A DNA stretch of 63,301 nucleotides, the filler included, from an uncultured Gemmatimonadota bacterium (GTDB lineage Bacteria > GCA-2686955): NCBI GenBank assembly GCA_964490075.1. It is 4 parts of 4 records of this genome, joined end to end, with 100 filler letters (N's around TTAATTAATTAA, not from the genome) between each part and the next. Parts side by side here need not be neighbours in the genome. Positions count along the whole stretch, not along the records: positions 52,003 to 63,301 come from CAZBBK010000101.1; 3 more parts are not named here. The stretch is one strand, 5' to 3'. Every line of letters begins with the position of its first letter. Position 1 is the first letter of the stretch. Position numbers and translations under genes: made by a program. The notes below the pieces were generated by a model. It was not told the DNA's origin, searched no databases, and saw only the letters and a list, made by a program, of their open reading frames with translations. Shown here piece by piece: positions 57,736-63,301 of this stretch.

Positions 57736-60700
57736 GTGAGGAATGCGGGCTGGCTGTCGATCTGCTGCTGGTTGTGCTGCGGCGCCGCGGCGGGGGCGAG
57801 CGATCAGCGGTCGATCTACCTCGACGCCGCACGCAATGCGGTCAGCGTCGGCGACCACGAGCAGGCGCTGCGGCGCTTCGATGCCGCCGCCGCCCTGGCA
57901 CCGCTCGACGCGGACCAAGAGCTGGAGCGGGCACAGGTGCTGATCGCTTCCGGCCGTGCAGGGGTCGCGGTGGCGACGCTGCGGCGCCTCTCGGCCCAGC
58001 ACCCGCGGCGCCTGGACTTCGCCGAGGCTTTGACGCGCGCGCTGCTGGCGGCGGGAGAGCCGGGGCAGGCGGCGGCGCTGATCGAGGAGGACGAAGCTCC
58101 TGGGGAGCCCGAGACGGATGCCGCTCCGCCTTCGGGCGCGACGGAGCTGTCGATCGAGGAGCTCCAGGGGCGGCTCGACGCCCGCCCCGGCGACCACTGG
58201 GTCACCCGCGAGCTGGGCCGCGCCCTGGCGGCCGCCGGGCGGCATCGCCAGGCGCTTCCGCACCTGCTGGCGACCCTGGCGCACTTCCCGGGCGATCTTC
58301 GGGTGCGCCAGGATTTGGGCCTGAGTCTGTTGCGGGTGGGGCGCCCGGCCGACGCCGCGCCCGAGCTGCGCCAGGTGCTGGCGGCCGAGCCCGGCAACAC
58401 GCTGGTTCGCGACCGGTTGGCCGACGCGCTGGCGCGGGTCGGGCGACATCGCGAGGCGGTTTCGCAGATCGACCGGCTGGCGGAAGAGCCCCGGCGCACC
58501 GAACGCCGGGCGCTCTCGCAGGCCCGGGTGGCGCGATCGGCCGCCGAGCTGCGGGAGCTGGAGGAGCTCTTCGCGGGCAGCGCGGAGCGGCGTCTCGGCC
58601 TGGCGCTGGCCCACGCCCATCTGCGCCTCGGGGCGCCCGAGAGCGCGGCCGAGGTGCTCGATGAGCTGATCGCCGGCGGCGCGGGCGACGCCGAGGTCCT
58701 GCGCCTGGCGCTGCGGGCGCGGCGCGCGGCCGATCTCGACACGACGCCGCTGCTGGCCGAGCTGCGGCGCCTGCACCCGCGGGACCGCGACCTGGCCCGC
58801 GACCATGGAGACGCGCTGGAGCTCGCCGGGCGGCCGGCGGAGGCCGCCGCGATCTGGGCGTCGCTGCATGCCGCGGGGGCGCGCGACGACGACCTGCGGC
58901 GTCTGGTTCTCGCGGCGTGGGCGGCGGGGGACACGGCGCTTGTGGTGGCCCACGCCCGTTCGGCGGTGCTGGCCCACCCCGGCGCGGGCGAGCTGGCGGG
59001 CGTGGGGGCGGCGGCGCTGGCGGCCCACGAGCGCTGGACCGATCTGCTGGCGATCACCCCCTGGAAGGGTGCGACGTCGGCCCTGGATGAGCTGCGGAGG
59101 GCCGAGGCTTTGCCCGCGGAGCAGAGCGCGGTCGCGCTCGTGGCGCTGTGGCGGGCCGCCCCCCATCCGCCCGTGGCGCGAGCCCTGGCGCGGGCCCTGG
59201 TGCAGGCCGGTCGCCACGCGGAGGGGCTCGCGCTGCTGGCCGAGGAGTCGGGCGATCTCGACTCGGCCGCCGACGATCTGCTGCGGGCGCGCTCGCAGCT
59301 GGCGCTCGGGCGGGCGGACGAGGCGCGCGCCATCCTCGACGCGCCGCCGCTGCGAGACGATCCTGCCGCGGCGCCGGATCGGGCCGAGCTGGCCCTCTAC
59401 GACGGGGAGCCGGAGCGGGCGCTGGCGGAGCTCCGGTCCCATTGGCGGACCCGCCCGGACGACCTGGCCGGCGCGCGCCGCCTGGCTCGGCTGTTGGCCT
59501 GGCGCGCTCTGCACGCGCCGCCCGGCGGCGACGATCGGGACCGCGCCGACGCTCTGGTCGACAGCCTCGAGAGCCGCCACCGCGCCGACCCGGCTCTGGG
59601 CGCGGCGGCGGCCCGCTACCACGCCGGACGGGGGCGGCCGGCGGCGGCCTACCGGCGTCTGGAGGAGCTGGCCGGCGGCGAGCGCGAGCGCAGGTTGGCC
59701 CTTCTGGCCGACATCCGCGCCGCCTCGGGCCAGCCCCACGGCGCCGTCGCCGCAGCCGACAGCCTGGCGCACCTGGCGCGGCCGCCGCTGGCGCGCGCCC
59801 GCGCCCTGGTCGCCGCCGAGCACCGCGATCGGGCCCGAGAGCTGCTGCACGCGGCGCGCGCCGCCGACCCGAGCGACCCCTTCGTTCTGCTCGAGCTGCG
59901 GCAGCTCGACCGGCTGAGCGCTCCCCTGGTTCCGCCCGCGCCGCCGCCCGAAGTCGACCATCCCAGCGTTCTCGAGGCCGATCGGCTGATGGCGCAGGTC
60001 CGTGAGGTCGCCGGCGCGGGGCGAGCGGGCGCCGGCGTGGCGATCCTCGACTCCCTGGTGGCGGTCGACGGCCCCAGCATCGCGGCGCGACTGGCTCTGG
60101 CGCGACTGCTGGCCGCCTCCGGGCGGCCGGTCGAGGCGCTGGACCACTTCCAGCTGCTGCTGCGCAGCGCTCCCGGCCGAGTCGACTGGGCCATGGAGGA
60201 GGCGCGCGCGCTGACCGCCGCCGGGCGCAAGCGTGAGGCGCTCGCCGCGTGGGCGGTGCTGGTCGAGGGCGGCGCCGGGCGGGCCGACATCGCGCTCGAG
60301 GCCGAGGCCGCGTCGCGCGAGCTGCGCGGTGACCTGGACGGCGCGCTGGAGCGCTATCGGCGGCTGGCGAGCCGCTGGGCCGACCACCGACCCGCGATCG
60401 AATCGGCGCGGCGTCTACAGGCGGTGATCGAGCTGGAGCACGAGAGCCGGCGCATCGCGCTGGGCACCCTGAGCCCGAGGCCGGGTCCCGGCATGCCGCT
60501 CGCCTACGAGCATCCGGCGGCGGGCTTCGGCGCCGAGTCGGGATTCGCGAGCAGCGCGCGGCGCGGGCGGGAAGGACGTCTCGCCCTGGCGACCACGGAG
60601 ATCGACCTCGCCGCGGGCACGCTCTGGGGCGCCGAGCTGGCGCTTTCCCGGTCGACCCACTCCCACCCCACCGATAGCCAGCGCGCGCCGATCGCCTTCC

Positions 60701-61413
60701 ATGCCCTGAGCGCCCGCTCGCGCTTGCCCCGCGATCCCGCGACCCCGGGCTGGGGCCTGGTCGGCGATGCCGGCTTCGCGCTGGGTGGCGCGGGGGTTGG
60801 CGACCGATTGGACGGCGGGCTGGGTCTCAGCTACCGGCGCGATCCGCAGAGCGTGCTCCTCTTCGGCGTCGAGCAGCGCCCCTGGGCCGAGAATCTCGAC
60901 ACGGTGCTGCGCGGCGACACGCGACGCACCCTGCTGGCCGAGATCGGGGCCTCGATCCTCGACCATCGGCTGCGGCTCTCGGTCGGCGGCGACGCCTCCA
61001 GCTTGAGCGACGACAACTACTTCTGGTCCGGCCGCGGGCGCCTGGCGGTGGCGCTCGGGCCACGCTACCAGACCCTGGTGCTCGGCGCCGAGATCGGTCT
61101 GCGCGGTTTCCACCGCCAGAGCGACGACTACTACTCGCCGCGCCGCGAGAGCCGCCTGCTCGGCGTCCTCGGCCTCGGGCGCCGCCCCGCGGCCGACGAG
61201 CCCGCCCCTTCCCCCTGGTCCTGGGGACTGGAATGCGGCTTCGGCGTCGAAGACGCGCCCCTCTCCTCGGGTGCGCTGCAGCCGATCGGCCGCATCGACG
61301 CCCACCTGGCGCGCCCGCTCGGGCCCTTGGCTCTGTGTGTGGAGCTGGAGCGTTTGCTCGCCCCTGACTATCACGAGGGCGCGGGGCTGATCGTGGCTCG
61401 TTGGGAGTTCTGA
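57736..61413 (+). CDS. Large TPR protein with C-terminal outer-membrane beta-barrel (BcsC/PgaA-like architecture)
   Basis: Signal-like start after GGAG; many TPRs; C-terminal ~300 aa of amphipathic beta strands with YYSP and terminal aromatic (ARWEF); alternative start at 57427. Confidence 0.72.
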   Translation: MRNAGWLSICCWLCCGAAAGASDQRSIYLDAARNAVSVGDHEQALRRFDAAAALAPLDADQELERAQVLIASGRAGVAVATLRRLSAQHPRRLDFAEALTRALLAAGEPGQAAALIEEDEAPGEPETDAAPPSGATELSIEELQGRLDARPGDHWVTRELGRALAAAGRHRQALPHLLATLAHFPGDLRVRQDLGLSLLRVGRPADAAPELRQVLAAEPGNTLVRDRLADALARVGRHREAVSQIDRLAEEPRRTERRALSQARVARSAAELRELEELFAGSAERRLGLALAHAHLRLGAPESAAEVLDELIAGGAGDAEVLRLALRARRAADLDTTPLLAELRRLHPRDRDLARDHGDALELAGRPAEAAAIWASLHAAGARDDDLRRLVLAAWAAGDTALVVAHARSAVLAHPGAGELAGVGAAALAAHERWTDLLAITPWKGATSALDELRRAEALPAEQSAVALVALWRAAPHPPVARALARALVQAGRHAEGLALLAEESGDLDSAADDLLRARSQLALGRADEARAILDAPPLRDDPAAAPDRAELALYDGEPERALAELRSHWRTRPDDLAGARRLARLLAWRALHAPPGGDDRDRADALVDSLESRHRADPALGAAAARYHAGRGRPAAAYRRLEELAGGERERRLALLADIRAASGQPHGAVAAADSLAHLARPPLARARALVAAEHRDRARELLHAARAADPSDPFVLLELRQLDRLSAPLVPPAPPPEVDHPSVLEADRLMAQVREVAGAGRAGAGVAILDSLVAVDGPSIAARLALARLLAASGRPVEALDHFQLLLRSAPGRVDWAMEEARALTAAGRKREALAAWAVLVEGGAGRADIALEAEAASRELRGDLDGALERYRRLASRWADHRPAIESARRLQAVIELEHESRRIALGTLSPRPGPGMPLAYEHPAAGFGAESGFASSARRGREGRLALATTEIDLAAGTLWGAELALSRSTHSHPTDSQRAPIAFHALSARSRLPRDPATPGWGLVGDAGFALGGAGVGDRLDGGLGLSYRRDPQSVLLFGVEQRPWAENLDTVLRGDTRRTLLAEIGASILDHRLRLSVGGDASSLSDDNYFWSGRGRLAVALGPRYQTLVLGAEIGLRGFHRQSDDYYSPRRESRLLGVLGLGRRPAADEPAPSPWSWGLECGFGVEDAPLSSGALQPIGRIDAHLARPLGPLALCVELERLLAPDYHEGAGLIVARWEF

Positions 61414-62219
61414 GCTGCCTCTGTCAGGACCGGGGCTTTCTTCTGGGAAGAGCGCGCCGCAGCGGCGGTGAATGGTCTTCGCTCATGGCTGCCAGACCGC
61501 GGAACCAGGACGCCGTGTCGGCTCTCGCCTTGAGACGGCTGGCATGCTCCAGAGCGGGCATGACCCGCTCACGGAACGAGCTCAGCTCTTCGCTGATCGA
61601 CGCGATCGTCCGCCCGATCTGCGTTCACCCAGTGCCACTGGCAGTTCGATAGACCAACCAACACCGCCCCCTGACTCGGCTCAAGCGCCGCAGTCGACCG
61701 CAGAGCGACCGAACTCGGACGCTGACCCGGCTCAGACGACGCGGATGACCGCNNNNNNNNNNNNNNNNNNNNNNNNNNNNNNNNNNNNNNNNNNNNNNNN
61801 NNNNNNNNNNNNNNNNNNNNNNNNNNNNNNNNNNNNNNNNNNNNNNNNNNNNCGCTGACCCGGCTCAGACGACGCGGATGACCGCCAAGAGACCGACCTC
61901 GGACGCTGACCCGGCTCAGACGACGCGAGCGACCGCGAAGAGACCGGTTTCCGGCGGTGACCCTTGGCAGGGGCAGGGGCGAGGCACGGGGAGAATCGCT
62001 GTCGAGACCGCCCACCAGCCGCGCATGGAGTCCCGGAGGGCCGCGGACTCTCGCTGGACCCGCGCTCCCTCCCGGAATGCGTCGCCCGAGAAGCGCTATC
62101 TCGAAACCCCAGTTCTCACTCGCGTCGCGAGCTCTGCGTGTGGCGCTGCGACGCTTGCTCGCCCCCGATTGCCATGAGGGGGCGGCGCTGGTCGCGGCTC
62201 GTGGGGCGTTCTGAGCTGC
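61330..62219 (+). repeat. Diverged 89-bp direct repeat (61330-61418 and 62131-62219) duplicating the 3' end of the TPR/barrel gene
   Basis: Ungapped alignment, 72/89 identical by hand count; peptides LCVELERLLAPDYHEGAGLIVARWEF* vs LRVALRRLLAPDCHEGAALVAARGAF*. Confidence 0.88.
61671..61977. repeat. Second 51-bp tandem array (spans a 100-N scaffold gap), same family as 1-215
   Basis: CTGAC(T/C)CGGCTCA at 61671, 61722, 61855 and 61906; array ends TGACCCTTGGCAGGGGCAGG (61958-61977). Confidence 0.92.
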
Positions 62220-62325
62220 ACCAGTCGGTCCCGAGAGGCAACCCTAAGCACGCACGGCTCCCCGGTCCAACACAGGCGCCGATGTCGGAGCGCGGGCCAT
62301 TCGGGTAGCGGCTCGGCCAGCGCGG

Positions 62326-63015
62326 GTGGGCGTCCCAATTGGCGTCTTCGGGGTCTGGATCACCGCCGTCGATGCAGGGAGGGCCGGGGGCGGGGAGGTG
62401 GTCGAAGGCACCGGTCGAGATGAGCTACGGGTCGAGGGCGATCTCGCTCTCATCTATCACGGGCTCGCCGCCGAAAACGTGGCCCACCCCTTCATGATCA
62501 CCGAGTTCTCCTACCACTCCGACTATGTGCTGGGTTACGACTGCTGCATGCAAGAGCAAGGCGAGGTCTACACCCCCGCGCCCCAATGTGGCGGTCCTTG
62601 TGACGATCCCGAGCTCAACCCCGACCAGTACCAATACCCCGAAATCGTGGATGGCCATGCGGCCCGTGGAACGGCGTATGCCCGTTACATGAACGTGATG
62701 GCCAGCGCCAACGCCCTGGTGCACGGCAACGAGGTCCACTTCATCACCGGGATCTTCTGGTACAACGCCCTCGATCATCCCTTCATGTCGGACTCGCGCG
62801 AGCTCGACGATCACGTCACTTTCCAAAACAGCGGCGAGTACCAGGCGTTGACCCAGAACTGGGGCATGTGGAACCCGAAGGTAACCAGCTACGGCGGGAC
62901 GAGCGCGGCCTACCTGCCGCTACTCCAGGAGGCAGGCGACACCAACTGCAAAGCCCAGATCACCCGCACCGGCCTCGGCGAGGCATGGTTCGGCGGCCAC
63001 TGCCCATCCTGGTGA
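62326..63015 (+). pseudogene. C-terminal fragment of a clan GH-A-like (GH50/agarase-like) glycoside hydrolase
   Basis: PFMITEF, RG.AY..YM, ITGIFWY..LD.P and QNWG resemble the last strands of a GH-A TIM barrel; N-terminal part absent. Confidence 0.45.
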
Positions 63016-63043
63016 CAGCACGTTGACTGGCGAGGAAACCCCA

Positions 63044-63301
63044 ATGCGCAGCATCCACCACAGCCGCCCATGGGGCTTCGCGCTGGTCGCCGTCCTGGTC
63101 GCGCCGCTCGCGACCGGGGCGGCGACCCTGCGCGTCGGGCCCTGCGGTGAGTTCGATACGATTCAGGAAGCCGTCGATGCCGCGACCGACGGCGACAGCA
63201 TTCTGGTGGAGCCCGGCAGCTACCAGGAGACCGTCGACTGGGATGACAAGGGTCTGTCGATCATCGGGATCGGGGGCAGCGCGGCGACGACCGTGCGCGA
63301 C
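63044..63301 (+). CDS. Secreted pectin-lyase-fold protein (3'-truncated by the window)
   Basis: Signal peptide; TIQEAVDAA.DGD.ILV.PG.Y.E motif; GAGG RBS. Confidence 0.75.
   Translation, partial: MRSIHHSRPWGFALVAVLVAPLATGAATLRVGPCGEFDTIQEAVDAATDGDSILVEPGSYQETVDWDDKGLSIIGIGGSAATTVRD

Noticed and set aside
61330-62219. Diversity-generating retroelement VR/TR pair
   Set aside because: Mismatches are not concentrated at adenines of the downstream copy (only 1 of 17) and no reverse transcriptase is in the window.
1-63301. tRNA or rRNA genes
   Set aside because: None recognised in the intergenic regions by eye; not verified with tRNAscan or Infernal.

Overview
GC-rich bacterial sequence, probably from a metagenome bin. 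It is four contigs joined by artificial N-TTAATTAATTAA-N linkers (18177-18276, 35462-35561, 51903-52002), with one internal 100-N scaffold gap (61753-61852), so gene order across linkers carries no meaning. Contig 1: 51-bp tandem array, partial mevalonate cluster (fni, mvk, class II HMG-CoA reductase), homocysteine S-methyltransferase-family gene, an alkaline-phosphatase-superfamily (AlkP/NPP) locus with a small RHH-like 'LGY-tail' protein and a DUF106/EMC3-like membrane protein, ispZ, a damaged sixA and two secreted proteins. Contig 2: exopolysaccharide genes of PEP-CTERM-associated type (FemAB-like, rfbF, SDR, three C-methyltransferases, deacetylase, GT4s), then an accessory patch (56-bp inverted repeat, nucleotidyltransferase pair, DUF1992, Mu-like transposase/ExeA remnant, broken LVIVD gene). 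Contig 3: AlkP protein, GT2, two large secreted proteins, a wza-wzm-wzt-GT4-GT4-ligase operon, a HicA-like pair and an LVIVD fragment. Contig 4: an SGNH-TPR gene divergent from an operon encoding an apparently catalytically dead BcsA-like protein with tandem PilZ domains, a small TPR protein and a TPR/beta-barrel protein, followed by a second copy of the 51-bp repeat family between diverged direct repeats. The best candidates for undescribed biology are the pseudo-synthase/PilZ/TPR-barrel operon, the AlkP + LGY-tail + DUF106-like operon, and the 51-bp repeat family. All family assignments come from motif recognition by eye; no database searches were run.
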